Source of the DNA: an uncultured Flavobacteriales bacterium
GTDB lineage: Bacteria; Bacteroidota; Bacteroidia; Flavobacteriales_C; GCA-002722245
Length of the DNA stretch: 64,000 nt
Reading direction: 5' to 3'
NCBI GenBank assembly: GCA_963933885.1
Contig: CAWVWF010000002.1
Location: 124-64,123 of the forward strand
Positions 32,104 to 42,003 of this stretch are shown here, one piece after another; position 1 is the first letter of the stretch; the number at the start of each line of letters is the position of its first letter. The notes below the pieces were generated by a model. It worked only from the letters and a program-made list of their open reading frames with translations, was not told the DNA's origin and ran no database searches. The position numbers and the translations under genes were made by a program.

Positions 32104-33132
32104 ATGAATTCTGAAAAGAAAGATTTGGACGAGGATTATTTTGATTCGTCGAGTTTATATGTGTTTTTATACAAGTATAAAGTTCAAATAGCTTTAATTG
32201 TTGTTTTGAGTGGACTAGTTAGTTCAATTATTTCTGTGACAATTCAGGAAAAATACAAATCCTTTGCTGTAATTTATCCCTCTAACACCAGTTCTGTAGC
32301 GAAAGCCCTAGTTAGCTCTAGATTTGGAGGTAAAACGGATATAATGGAATTTGGAGAAGAAGAAAAGTCAGAGCATCTTCTTGAAATTTTAAATTCTGAT
32401 AAAGTTAAAAAGAAGATTATTGATCAATTTGATCTGATGAATCATTACAATATATCTCTCGAAGAATCAGCAACACCCAATTATGACTTGAATGAAATTT
32501 ATGATGAAAACATAAAATTTAAGAGGAATAAAAATATGGCTGTTGTGATTTCTGTTTTGGACCACTCTCCTGATACAGCAGCAAAAATTACAAACGCACT
32601 ATTAATTGCTTTGGATGATGTACTGAATTCAATCCAAAAGGAAAGAGCACTTCAAGGATTTAACATCGTTAAAACAGCTTATATAAGACTTTCACAAGAG
32701 GTAAGTGACATGGAGGATTCTTTATCGTTTATTATGGGTAAGGGAGTTCTAGATGTAAAGTCGCAATCTGAAGTATATGGAGACGCTTATGCTCAGGCAA
32801 TTGCAAAAGGTAATAAAACTGCAGAGAAGGCCTTAAGTGAAAAATTAGATTTATTATCTAAGTATGGTGCTAAGAATATAAGTTTAAGAAATGCACTTTT
32901 ATACGAGAGAAAAAGATTGTCTGATTTGAAGGGGAAATTTGAGGAAGCAAAGATTGATGCCGAATCAAGATTACAAAATTATTTTACAATTACTTCTCCT
33001 TTTGCAGCGGAGAAAAAAAGCTATCCAGTACGATGGTTAATTGTCGTGTTGAGTGTTCTAGGAGCATTATTTACAGGAGGAATTACGATTGTGTTGTATG
33101 AACAATTTCAGAAATTAAAGACTCAACTTTAA
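32104..33132 (+). CDS. polysaccharide co-polymerase (Wzz-like chain-length determinant), paralog A
   Basis: N- and C-terminal TM helices flank a coiled-coil periplasmic region. Shares the motifs KYKSFAVIYPSN and KSYPVRWLIVVLSV with the next gene. Confidence 0.55.
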   Translation: MNSEKKDLDEDYFDSSSLYVFLYKYKVQIALIVVLSGLVSSIISVTIQEKYKSFAVIYPSNTSSVAKALVSSRFGGKTDIMEFGEEEKSEHLLEILNSDKVKKKIIDQFDLMNHYNISLEESATPNYDLNEIYDENIKFKRNKNMAVVISVLDHSPDTAAKITNALLIALDDVLNSIQKERALQGFNIVKTAYIRLSQEVSDMEDSLSFIMGKGVLDVKSQSEVYGDAYAQAIAKGNKTAEKALSEKLDLLSKYGAKNISLRNALLYERKRLSDLKGKFEEAKIDAESRLQNYFTITSPFAAEKKSYPVRWLIVVLSVLGALFTGGITIVLYEQFQKLKTQL

Positions 33133-33141
33133 GAACCTATT

Positions 33142-34101
33142 ATGAAACAGTATTTCGAGAGTGACGATGTTTTAAGCCTTTTATGGAGATGGAGAAAGCA
33201 ATTCATTGTTGTTTTTTTAGTGTCATTTGTTGGATCGGCTGTATTCTCTTCGCCGTTTTTCATTAAACCAAAATACAAGTCTTTTGCACAAGTATACCCT
33301 ACTAATTTGCAAAAGTACTCGGATGAATCAGCAACAGAGCAAATGCTTCAAATGTTAGAATCAGGCGTGATCAGAGAGGCTATTTGTGCTCAATTTGGGT
33401 TAGATAGTATTTATGATATTGAAAAAGACGATCAGCATTTTAAGACTTTGCTTTATAAAGAATATGCAGATAATATAAATTTCAAGAAAACAAAGCATGA
33501 ATCAGTCGAAATTGCAGTATTAGATATTGATCCAGAAAGAGCTTATAAGATGGTAAATGCAATTCTTGAACGTTTTAACATTGAAGTTAAGAGATTACAA
33601 GATGAGAAATTAAAGGAGGCGGTTAGCACTATCAAAGAGATGATGATTATTAAAAGTAGTGAAATCACATCGCTTGAAAATGAAATTAATATCATTAGAA
33701 GAGAATATGGTATTTTAGATTATGGAAGTCAAGTTAAAAGTTTGTCTCGTGAGTATTACCGATTATTGGCAAGAGGAAATTCTAAATCAGGTAAAGTTGA
33801 TAGAGTTAAACAAGAATTAGATAATTTAAAGAAGAAAGGAGTTGAATATGAACGACTTTCAGGTAGACTTTGGGTTGCGAGGGATTCATTTAACGGTTTG
33901 AAATTAAAATACGAGGCCGAACAGAATGAGCTACAACGTACTAAAGAATACATTATGAATTTTGTAAGTCCATATAAAGCAGATAAAAAGACTTACCCTG
34001 TAAGATGGTTAATTGTACTTGTTTCTGTTAGTACTTGCTTATTGGGGGCATTAGGAGTTGTTTCCTTTATGGATAGAATAAACAATGAAACCGTAGCATA
34101 A
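33142..34101 (+). CDS. polysaccharide co-polymerase (Wzz-like), paralog B
   Basis: Same architecture as paralog A, with the matching motifs KYKSFAQVYPTN and KTYPVRWLIVLVSV. Confidence 0.55.
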   Translation: MKQYFESDDVLSLLWRWRKQFIVVFLVSFVGSAVFSSPFFIKPKYKSFAQVYPTNLQKYSDESATEQMLQMLESGVIREAICAQFGLDSIYDIEKDDQHFKTLLYKEYADNINFKKTKHESVEIAVLDIDPERAYKMVNAILERFNIEVKRLQDEKLKEAVSTIKEMMIIKSSEITSLENEINIIRREYGILDYGSQVKSLSREYYRLLARGNSKSGKVDRVKQELDNLKKKGVEYERLSGRLWVARDSFNGLKLKYEAEQNELQRTKEYIMNFVSPYKADKKTYPVRWLIVLVSVSTCLLGALGVVSFMDRINNETVA

Positions 34102-34105
34102 GGAA

Positions 34106-35569
34106 GTGTTATCATCGGCTAAGAAAATATGGTTTTATCTTATAACCTTTTTGTTTATAGCAATAAACGGGGTTCTATTGTATAGTGAAAACTATATGTT
34201 AATAATATTTCCTGCAGTACTATTTCTTGCTTACCTCGGTTTATTTAAGCTTGATGTTCTTTACCTGATTGTAATATTTTTGGTCCCGTTATCTGTGAAT
34301 TTTGATAGCTTAGGATCAAGTATGGGAATTGGAATGGCTTTACCTACAGAACCGTTAATTGTAGGGATGATGCTTATCTTTGTTATTAAGTTATTGTTTT
34401 CTGGTTCATTTGATATTAAAATAACAAAACATCCAGTTACCTTGTTAATAATTGGACATCTCGTCTGGTTAGGTATAACAACAGTTACTAGTGAATTACC
34501 ATTAATCTCGTTCAAATATTTTTTAAGTAGATTCTGGTTTGTTGCAGTCTTTTATTTTATTGCTTCTCAAGTTTTTCAAAAAAAGAATTATAGTTCGAAA
34601 TTGTTCTGGCTCTATATTGTTGGTTTCGTTCCTGTAATAATCTATACTTTTTATCAGCACGCTATAAGAGGGTTTAGTCAAGCTAGTGCCAATTGGGTAA
34701 TGAATCCGTTTTTTAATGATCACACATCATATGGTGCTTGTTTGGTTATGTTTTTCCCCTTTTTGATCTGGAAATTGTATTCTGATAAAATAAAAGGTAT
34801 TAAGTGGCTAATGTTACTTTCTCTATTTGGCTTATTTGTTCTTGCAGTTGTTCTTTCATATACAAGAGCTGCTTGGGTTAGTTTAATTGGTGCATTGGGG
34901 ATATACATTATCTTAAAATATAAAATTAAATCGTGGGTAATATATAGTGGTGTTGCTTTGGTTGGAGTAATAGTTTTATTATCATGGAATGAATTATTTA
35001 GTTCACTTGAAAAGAACAAGCAAGACTCATCATCTAACCTTTCAGAGCATGTTGCATCCATTTCTAACGTAAGTTCCGATGCGTCTAACTTGGAGCGTTT
35101 AAATCGTTGGAAATCGGCTTGGGGAATGTTTAAAGATAGACCTGTTTTTGGGTTTGGTCCTGGAACTTATGCTTTTGAGTATGCACCATATCAAAGAACT
35201 AGAGATAAAACAATAATTAGTACCAATGCTGGTGATGGAGGAAATGCGCACAGTGAATTTTTAGGTCCTTTGTCTGAGCAAGGAGTTATAGGAATGTTAT
35301 TTATGTTAAGTATTGTACTAACCACTTGTTTTACGGCAGTAAAGACTTATAAAAGTAATGGTAAGAATGAATATAGAATGATTTCATTTGTAGCCTTCTT
35401 AGGTTTGATAACCTATTATCTTCATGGCTTATTGAATAACTTCCTTGATACTGATAAAGCTTCTTCTTTATTTTGGGGGTTTACTGCGATAATAGTTGTG
35501 ATGGATGTTTTAACATCGAAAAAGAACTTACCTGGTGATGAGGTAGTAGAATCTTACAAGGAAAAATAG
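34106..35569 (+). CDS. wzy: O-antigen polymerase/ligase (Wzy-type)
   Basis: 487 aa polytopic protein with a Wzy_C-like loop (RTRDKTIISTNAGDGGNAHSEFLGPLSEQGVIG). Confidence 0.6.
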   Translation: MLSSAKKIWFYLITFLFIAINGVLLYSENYMLIIFPAVLFLAYLGLFKLDVLYLIVIFLVPLSVNFDSLGSSMGIGMALPTEPLIVGMMLIFVIKLLFSGSFDIKITKHPVTLLIIGHLVWLGITTVTSELPLISFKYFLSRFWFVAVFYFIASQVFQKKNYSSKLFWLYIVGFVPVIIYTFYQHAIRGFSQASANWVMNPFFNDHTSYGACLVMFFPFLIWKLYSDKIKGIKWLMLLSLFGLFVLAVVLSYTRAAWVSLIGALGIYIILKYKIKSWVIYSGVALVGVIVLLSWNELFSSLEKNKQDSSSNLSEHVASISNVSSDASNLERLNRWKSAWGMFKDRPVFGFGPGTYAFEYAPYQRTRDKTIISTNAGDGGNAHSEFLGPLSEQGVIGMLFMLSIVLTTCFTAVKTYKSNGKNEYRMISFVAFLGLITYYLHGLLNNFLDTDKASSLFWGFTAIIVVMDVLTSKKNLPGDEVVESYKEK

Positions 35570-35577
35570 AGCTTTTT

Positions 35578-36807
35578 TTAAGCGAAAAAACAGCTAAGAA
35601 TTGCAATGTCATCAATGTAAGGCTGGTCTTCTTTGAACGCTTCTAAGTCATCAATAAAATACTTATTTAGGCTATCCATTGAAGTGTCTGCGTGTTGTTT
35701 TTCTAATGCAGCTCCAATTCTTTCTGTACCGTATTCTAAATTGGCATTGTTCTCAACTTCAACTAAACCGTCGGTGTAACAAACTAATGTTGCTTTCGGT
35801 CCTACATTTACTTTTCCAACGTTTGGTGGAGGTAATTCATCAAGCATTCCTAAACCTGGACAACCTTTCTTTAATTCTTCAATTTTACCATTGTTATAAA
35901 AAACAGGAGGATTATGTCCACAATTTATATATGTTAGATTACGAGAATCTTTTTCATATACTCCAATAAACATAGTAATGAATTTTTCACCTTTGGCGTT
36001 ATCCATTACTTTTTGATTTAAATCACTTACTAGTGCTTCAAGAGAAACTGAATGTATAACTCCTGCTCTCAGATTGGCCTGGAAATTACTCATTAATATA
36101 GCGGCTGAAACCCCTTTTCCAGAAACATCTGCAATACAGAAAACTAATTTATTATCATCAATCCACATTACATCATAGTAATCACCACCTACTTGATCAT
36201 GACTTCTATAATATGCTGCTATGTCAAATTGATCATTTTTTGGTAGACTTGTAGGTAAAAGCATGTTTTGCATCTCACTTGCAAGCTCAAGCTCTTTCTT
36301 AACTCTTTCTTGTCTAATTGCTTTTTTTGCTAAATTCTTGTTCTCAATAGCAACGGCAATTATGTTTGTAAAAGTTTGAATAAAAGGAAGGTGCTTTATT
36401 ATTGGACTAATTTGAATTGCTTCATTGATAATGTCACCTATAAGAAGGTAAGCAAGAGGTTTTGTTTTATGGAATACTGGTACTAATAAATCGAATTCAC
36501 TAAATACTCCAACTGTATGGCTATTAACTTCAATAATTTCTTCTACAGCAAGAAGATCTTTTTCAACATCAACTTCTAAAGTTTCGATGTCTGTACCATA
36601 TGACATTGCGATATTCCATTCGCTTTCATTGATAAACAAAACGACTTTTTCTATATCTAATTCTCTAAGAACTTGTTCATAGATTCCAAATAACTTGCTT
36701 TTAGACACATTGCTATTAATAGCAAGTGTAACCTCTAGCAAAGCGTTCAATTTCAAGTCTTTAACTTGTATTTTCCGCTGTGCTCTTTTTAAGGATTTTA
36801 CCGTCAT
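35578..36807 (-). CDS. GAF-domain PP2C (SpoIIE/RsbU-type) serine phosphatase
   Basis: 409 aa. The C-terminal PP2C motifs are present (GGDYYDV, CIADVSGKG, CYTDGLVE). Confidence 0.75.
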   Translation of the reverse strand: MTVKSLKRAQRKIQVKDLKLNALLEVTLAINSNVSKSKLFGIYEQVLRELDIEKVVLFINESEWNIAMSYGTDIETLEVDVEKDLLAVEEIIEVNSHTVGVFSEFDLLVPVFHKTKPLAYLLIGDIINEAIQISPIIKHLPFIQTFTNIIAVAIENKNLAKKAIRQERVKKELELASEMQNMLLPTSLPKNDQFDIAAYYRSHDQVGGDYYDVMWIDDNKLVFCIADVSGKGVSAAILMSNFQANLRAGVIHSVSLEALVSDLNQKVMDNAKGEKFITMFIGVYEKDSRNLTYINCGHNPPVFYNNGKIEELKKGCPGLGMLDELPPPNVGKVNVGPKATLVCYTDGLVEVENNANLEYGTERIGAALEKQHADTSMDSLNKYFIDDLEAFKEDQPYIDDIAILSCFFA

Positions 36808-36884
36808 TTAGAATAGGATATAAAAAAACAATAGTTTCATTACGTAAATACCGAGAAATAGTTCCTCAATAATCTATTAATGAA

Positions 36885-37451
36885 TTACTTTTTAACTCTT
36901 TCAGAATATGAACCAGTCTTTGTCTCAACTTTAATAAAATCTCCTATATTTATAAATAATGGAACTCTAACTTCAGCTCCTGTTTCAACCGTTGCTGGCT
37001 TCGTTGCGTTTGTAGCAGTATTTCCTTTTATTCCTGGTTCAGTATAAGTGATTTCATACTCAAAATAAGTTGGTAATTCACAAGCTAACATTTCTTCATT
37101 CTCAGCATGTACAAGTATTTCAACTTCCATCCCTTCCTTAAGAAATTTAGGAGCATTAATTATCGTTTCACTAATTGCAAATTGCTCAAAAGTTTCAGTA
37201 TGCATTACGTTATAACCCATATCATCCTTGTAAAGGAATTGATATTTTCTTCTTTCTATACGAACAGTTTCAATTTTAATTCCGGCAGTAAAAGTATTAT
37301 CTATTACTTTTCCATTATCCAAATTTCTCAATTTTGTTCTAACGAAAGCAGGACCTTTCCCTGGTTTTACGTGTTGAAATTCAATTATTTGAAATAATTT
37401 TCCGTTATGTTTAAGACATAATCCGTTTCTAAAATCTGAAGTTGTAGCCAT
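36885..37451 (-). CDS. efp: elongation factor P
   Basis: 188 aa. The EF-P N-terminal region ([31 protein letters not shown]) is present. Confidence 0.9.
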   Translation of the reverse strand: MATTSDFRNGLCLKHNGKLFQIIEFQHVKPGKGPAFVRTKLRNLDNGKVIDNTFTAGIKIETVRIERRKYQFLYKDDMGYNVMHTETFEQFAISETIINAPKFLKEGMEVEILVHAENEEMLACELPTYFEYEITYTEPGIKGNTATNATKPATVETGAEVRVPLFINIGDFIKVETKTGSYSERVKK

Positions 37452-37459
37452 GGTAGTTT

Positions 37460-38245
37460 TTATTTAACTCTTAAATATCCTTTCATAATACCTCTTTTGG
37501 CATCTTGAATGAACGATATGATTTCATCTCTCTCTCTACTTGCTTTCATGTCTGCTTCGATAACATTTATAGCTTGAGTTTGATTTAATCCTCTTAAGAA
37601 TAGTATTCTATATAATTCTTGAATTTCTTGAATCTTCTCCGGAGTGAATCCACGTCTTCTTAAACCTACTGAGTTTATTCCAACATAAGATATTGGCTCT
37701 CTTGCCGCTTTTGTAAAAGGAGGTACATCTTTTCGTACCAAAGCTCCTCCAGTTACCATTGCATGCTTTCCAATATGCACGAATTGGTGAACTAAAGTTC
37801 CTCCACCTAAAATAGCAAATTCATCAATATCAACGTGTCCAGCAAGATTGGTACTATTTGCTAATATTACGTCGTTTCCAATTTTACAATCGTGAGCTAC
37901 GTGAACATATGCCATTAATAAAACATTGTCTCCAATACTAGTAGTATTACGATCAACAGTTCCTCTATTAATAGTTACACATTCTCTTATAGTAACATTA
38001 TTTCCTATTTCAACAGTAGAATATTCTCCACCGAATTTTAAATCTTGCGGTACGGCACCAATTACGGCACCAGGGAAAATACGACAGTTTTTACCGATCC
38101 TTGTCCCTTCCATGATAGTAACATTAGGTCCTACCCATGTTCCTTCACCTATGTGAACATCTTTTTCTATAGTAACAAATGGTTCTATTACTACATTCTT
38201 AGCGATGTCCGTTTGAGGGTGTATATATGCTAATGGTTGGTGCAT
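37460..38245 (-). CDS. lpxA: acyl-ACP--UDP-N-acetylglucosamine O-acyltransferase
   Basis: 261 aa with left-handed beta-helix hexapeptide repeats plus the LpxA C-terminal helical domain. Confidence 0.85.
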   Translation of the reverse strand: MHQPLAYIHPQTDIAKNVVIEPFVTIEKDVHIGEGTWVGPNVTIMEGTRIGKNCRIFPGAVIGAVPQDLKFGGEYSTVEIGNNVTIRECVTINRGTVDRNTTSIGDNVLLMAYVHVAHDCKIGNDVILANSTNLAGHVDIDEFAILGGGTLVHQFVHIGKHAMVTGGALVRKDVPPFTKAAREPISYVGINSVGLRRRGFTPEKIQEIQELYRILFLRGLNQTQAINVIEADMKASRERDEIISFIQDAKRGIMKGYLRVK

Positions 38246-38246
38246 C

Positions 38247-39644
38247 TTATTTTACCTTTTCTATTTTTGCTAACATCTCAGCTTCAGTTACTAATTCTCC
38301 ATTTACGTATGTTCTTCCTATCATATGAGCTAATCCTCTTCTGTATGGAGATGCATATGTTAATTCGAAAACCATTGTGTCACCAGGAACAACCATCTTT
38401 CTAAATTTAACTTTATCCATTTTCATGAAGTACGTTAAATAATCTTCAGGATTGTCGAATTGACCTAATACTAATACACCACCAACTTGTGCCATTGCTT
38501 CAACTTGTAAAACACCAGGGAAAATTGGTTGATCAGGAAAATGTCCTCTAAAAAGGTCTTCATTAATTGTTACGTTCTTTACACCTACTACTCTTTCAGG
38601 AGTCATTTCTATAATTCTGTCAACTAACAAAAAAGGTGGACGGTGAGGTAGTATTTTTTTAATTCCTTGAACATCTAAGACAGTCTTAGTAACGTCAAAT
38701 TTTGGTTGATTTTCCATTTTCTTGATACTATGTTTTATAAGTTTTGCAAATTCCACGTTAGGACCATGACCTGGTCTAGTGGCGATTATTTTACCTTTTA
38801 TTGGTCTTCCAACTAGCGTTAGATCCCCTACGATATCTAATAGTTTATGTCGAGCAGCTTCATTCGAGTGTCTAAGCTCAACATTATTTAAAATTCCGCT
38901 AGATTGTACTTCAACCTTTGGACGATTTAATAATGACGAAAGCTGATCTAATTTCTCTTGTGAAACAGGTTTGTCGACTACAACTATAGCATTACTTAGA
39001 TCACCTCCTTTAATTAAGTTGTGTTCAAGTAATAATTCTAATTCATGCAAGAAGCAAAAAGTTCTTGAAGATGAAATATCCTTATCGAAATCTTTAAGAT
39101 CATCTAAAGTTGCAACTTGCCTACCTAATACAGGAGAATTGTAATCTATAGTAGAAGTTATATTGTAATGATCATCAGGGAGTGCTATTAATTCAATTCC
39201 TTTTTCTTCATTAACATATTTGATTGGTTCAGTAATAACGAAGTAATTTTTTGCAACCTTAAATTCTTTGATACCAGTTTCTTTCAAAACTTTCACAAAA
39301 GGTTGAGCGCTTCCATCCATAATTGGCATTTCTTGCGCATCTACTTCAACTAAACAATTGTCAATTCCTAAACCAGTTAAAGCTGATAATACATGTTCAA
39401 CTGTTGAAACAGAAGCCGATCCTTTTGTTAAGGTAGTTCCTCTTTCAATTTCAGTTACTAAATCTACATCCGCCTCAATGATAGGTTGATTGTCTAAATC
39501 GACTCTTTGAAATTTAATTCCAAAGTTTTCTTTTGTTGGGCAAAAAGTTAATGTAACCAGGTTTCCGGTATGTAAACCGACTCCTTGAATAGTTACTTTT
39601 TGCGCTACAGTTTTTTGATTATCTCCCATACAAACTTTACTCAC
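38247..39644 (-). CDS. lpxC/fabZ: bifunctional UDP-3-O-acyl-GlcNAc deacetylase / 3-hydroxyacyl-ACP dehydratase (LpxC-FabZ fusion)
   Basis: 465 aa. The N-terminal LpxC region (GVGLHTG, HVLSAL) is followed by a C-terminal FabZ hotdog domain (FRGHFPDQPIFPGV), as in Bacteroidota. Confidence 0.85.
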   Translation of the reverse strand: MSKVCMGDNQKTVAQKVTIQGVGLHTGNLVTLTFCPTKENFGIKFQRVDLDNQPIIEADVDLVTEIERGTTLTKGSASVSTVEHVLSALTGLGIDNCLVEVDAQEMPIMDGSAQPFVKVLKETGIKEFKVAKNYFVITEPIKYVNEEKGIELIALPDDHYNITSTIDYNSPVLGRQVATLDDLKDFDKDISSSRTFCFLHELELLLEHNLIKGGDLSNAIVVVDKPVSQEKLDQLSSLLNRPKVEVQSSGILNNVELRHSNEAARHKLLDIVGDLTLVGRPIKGKIIATRPGHGPNVEFAKLIKHSIKKMENQPKFDVTKTVLDVQGIKKILPHRPPFLLVDRIIEMTPERVVGVKNVTINEDLFRGHFPDQPIFPGVLQVEAMAQVGGVLVLGQFDNPEDYLTYFMKMDKVKFRKMVVPGDTMVFELTYASPYRRGLAHMIGRTYVNGELVTEAEMLAKIEKVK

Positions 39645-39662
39645 TCTTCAAAAATAAGCCTT

Positions 39663-40703
39663 TTATTTTTGGTTAGACAATTTGATAATTTCTTTTTCTA
39701 AATCGGCTACTTTTTGTTGTGTTTTTGGAAGGTTTCTGAAACCAACATAACTTCTTTTATACTTACCCATCTCAAAGGCTGGAGACCCTTGCCATATTGA
39801 GTTTTCAAGTTTTATTGATTGACCAATTCCTGATTGTGCAGCAATTTTAACTCCATCTGCAATTGTTAGGTGACCGATAATTCCTACTTGACCCCCAATC
39901 ATACAGTTTTTCCCAATTTTTGTAGAACCTGCAACTCCAGATTGAGATGCGATTACGGTATTTTCTCCGATTTCGACATTGTGGGCAATCTGTATGAAGT
40001 TGTCTAATTTCACACCTTTTCTGATGATTGTTGATCCCATCGTTGCTCTATCAATTGCACAATTTGAACCGATTTCAACATGGTCTTCTAAAATTGTATT
40101 TCCTATTTGAGGGATCTTACTGTATTGATTTTCAGCGTTTGGCGCGAAACCAAAACCGTCACTTCCAATAGCAGTTCCAGCATGAATTGTACAAGAGTTT
40201 CCAATTACACAATCATCATAAACTGTTGTATTTGGGTGTAAAATAACATTGTTACCAATTTTAACATTATCGCCAATTGTAACATTTGGATGAATGGTAG
40301 TATTATCTCCAACTGAAGAATTTGAACCTATTCGAACAAAGGCTCCAATAAATTCTCCTGAACCGATTGTGCTATTTTCTCCAACAAAAATTGGTGTTTC
40401 CCTTCCTGTTTTACGAGGTTTTAACTCTTCGTACTTCTGTAGTAAAATAGCAAATGCACCATATGGGTCTTCAACTCTAATTAAACTAGCTTCAACTTTT
40501 TGAGCCAATACAAGCTTATTAGAAATAATGATAACTGATGATTTACATGAGTATAAAAACTCTTCATATTTTTCGTTGGCCAAAAACGATAAAGCATTTG
40601 GTTTTCCTTCTTCAATTTTTGTAAACGTATTTACACTTGCTTCTGGATTCCCTTCAACCGTACCACTAATTAAAGCGGCAATTTGTTGTGCAGTGAACAT
40701 CAT
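39663..40703 (-). CDS. lpxD: UDP-3-O-acylglucosamine N-acyltransferase
   Basis: Hexapeptide-repeat protein with an LpxD N-terminal domain. The start was placed at MMFTAQQIA, giving an ATGA overlap with the stop of the upstream HD gene. Confidence 0.8.
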   Translation of the reverse strand: MMFTAQQIAALISGTVEGNPEASVNTFTKIEEGKPNALSFLANEKYEEFLYSCKSSVIIISNKLVLAQKVEASLIRVEDPYGAFAILLQKYEELKPRKTGRETPIFVGENSTIGSGEFIGAFVRIGSNSSVGDNTTIHPNVTIGDNVKIGNNVILHPNTTVYDDCVIGNSCTIHAGTAIGSDGFGFAPNAENQYSKIPQIGNTILEDHVEIGSNCAIDRATMGSTIIRKGVKLDNFIQIAHNVEIGENTVIASQSGVAGSTKIGKNCMIGGQVGIIGHLTIADGVKIAAQSGIGQSIKLENSIWQGSPAFEMGKYKRSYVGFRNLPKTQQKVADLEKEIIKLSNQK

Positions 40704-41935
40704 ATTTTTATTGTTTTTGGGTAACACAAAAAGTATTTTGTTACAGGAGATGATAAACTAGAAATGTTTAGTTGATCAGACGCTTCTGCGATATCTTTTA
40801 TTGTTCCGTTTTTGTATAATATTTTTATTGAATCCTTTAAAGGATTGTACGCATTATTTTGAATTTCTTCAGTAAAGACAAAGTGTTCAACATCTTCTTC
40901 AGGAATAGATAATTGATCTATAGTTTTCTGTCTGTATTGATCTATGAGCTCTTGTGAATAAGGTTTAGTACTGATTTCTACTCGGTATAACTTCCTGTTA
41001 ATCATCCAGTCACATAAAGTTGATAAGGATTTGTTAGGGTGGTCAATCCACTCCTTAATGCAACTAAAAATATCATAATCGTCTAATTTTGAAAATTGAT
41101 CTAATAATTCTGGATCACTTTTAAAATCAGATAAATTATAATCTGCTTGCAAAAACTTAAATAAAGGCTTTGTACAAAATAATTTTTCTCCTTTAAGAGA
41201 TAAATCTTTTGCTTTCTTTAAAATATGGATGACTAATAATTCTGCAGCGACTACAGTTTTATGTAAATATACTTGCCAATACATGATTCTTCGAGCAACT
41301 AGAAACTTCTCAATAGAATAAATTCCTTTTTCTTCTACTACAAGTGAATCATCTTTGATATTAAGCATCTTGATAATTCGATCGACACCAACTATTCCTT
41401 CTTGTACACCAGTATAAAAACTGTCTCGTGTTAAATAATCAAGTCTATCAACATCAAGTTGACTACTAATTATCTGATGTAAAAACTTTCGTTTGTACGT
41501 ATTCTTGAATACTTGAAGTGTTAAATCCAGTTCTCCATCAAACTCTTCGTTTAATCTTTCTATAAAAAGTATTGAGATTTCTTCATGATTAATTCCTTGA
41601 ACGATAGTATGTTCAAGAGCATGAGAAAAAGGGCCGTGTCCAATATCATGCAATAAGATTGCACAAATAACGGCTTTACACTCTTCATCACTAATAAAAT
41701 GGCCTTTAGATTTTAAAGTATCTAAAGTTTGCATAGCCAAATGCATTGCCCCAATCACGTGATGAAATCTTGTATGATAAGCACCGGGATAAACTGTACT
41801 TGTTAAGCCAAGTTGTCTTATCCTCCTAAGTCTCTGGAAATAGGGGTGTTCTATGATATCAAAAACGATATCGTAAGGAAGATTAATGAATCCATATATA
41901 GGATCATTAATTATTTTCTTTTTATTTTTTTTCAC
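40700..41935 (-). CDS. HD-domain phosphohydrolase
   Basis: 411 aa with the HD motif (HHVIGAMHLA...LLHDIGHGPFSH). This is the usual neighbour of lpxD in Bacteroidota. Confidence 0.75.
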   Translation of the reverse strand: MKKNKKKIINDPIYGFINLPYDIVFDIIEHPYFQRLRRIRQLGLTSTVYPGAYHTRFHHVIGAMHLAMQTLDTLKSKGHFISDEECKAVICAILLHDIGHGPFSHALEHTIVQGINHEEISILFIERLNEEFDGELDLTLQVFKNTYKRKFLHQIISSQLDVDRLDYLTRDSFYTGVQEGIVGVDRIIKMLNIKDDSLVVEEKGIYSIEKFLVARRIMYWQVYLHKTVVAAELLVIHILKKAKDLSLKGEKLFCTKPLFKFLQADYNLSDFKSDPELLDQFSKLDDYDIFSCIKEWIDHPNKSLSTLCDWMINRKLYRVEISTKPYSQELIDQYRQKTIDQLSIPEEDVEHFVFTEEIQNNAYNPLKDSIKILYKNGTIKDIAEASDQLNISSLSSPVTKYFLCYPKTIKI

Positions 41936-42003
41936 TCTGATCGTTCAGTTCTTTATTATTCCTATTTTTAGAGGGAATTAACTTTTCAAAAATACAGTTT
42001 TTA

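Noticed and set aside
35570-35577. Possible hairpin between the convergent wzy and PP2C phosphatase genes
   Set aside because: The spacer is only 8 nt. The imperfect AGCTTTTTTT/AAAAAACAGCT pairing extends into the phosphatase coding end, so it is too weak to call.
35679-35969. 96-aa plus-strand ORF inside the PP2C phosphatase gene
   Set aside because: Antisense shadow ORF with Leu/Gln-rich low-complexity translation.
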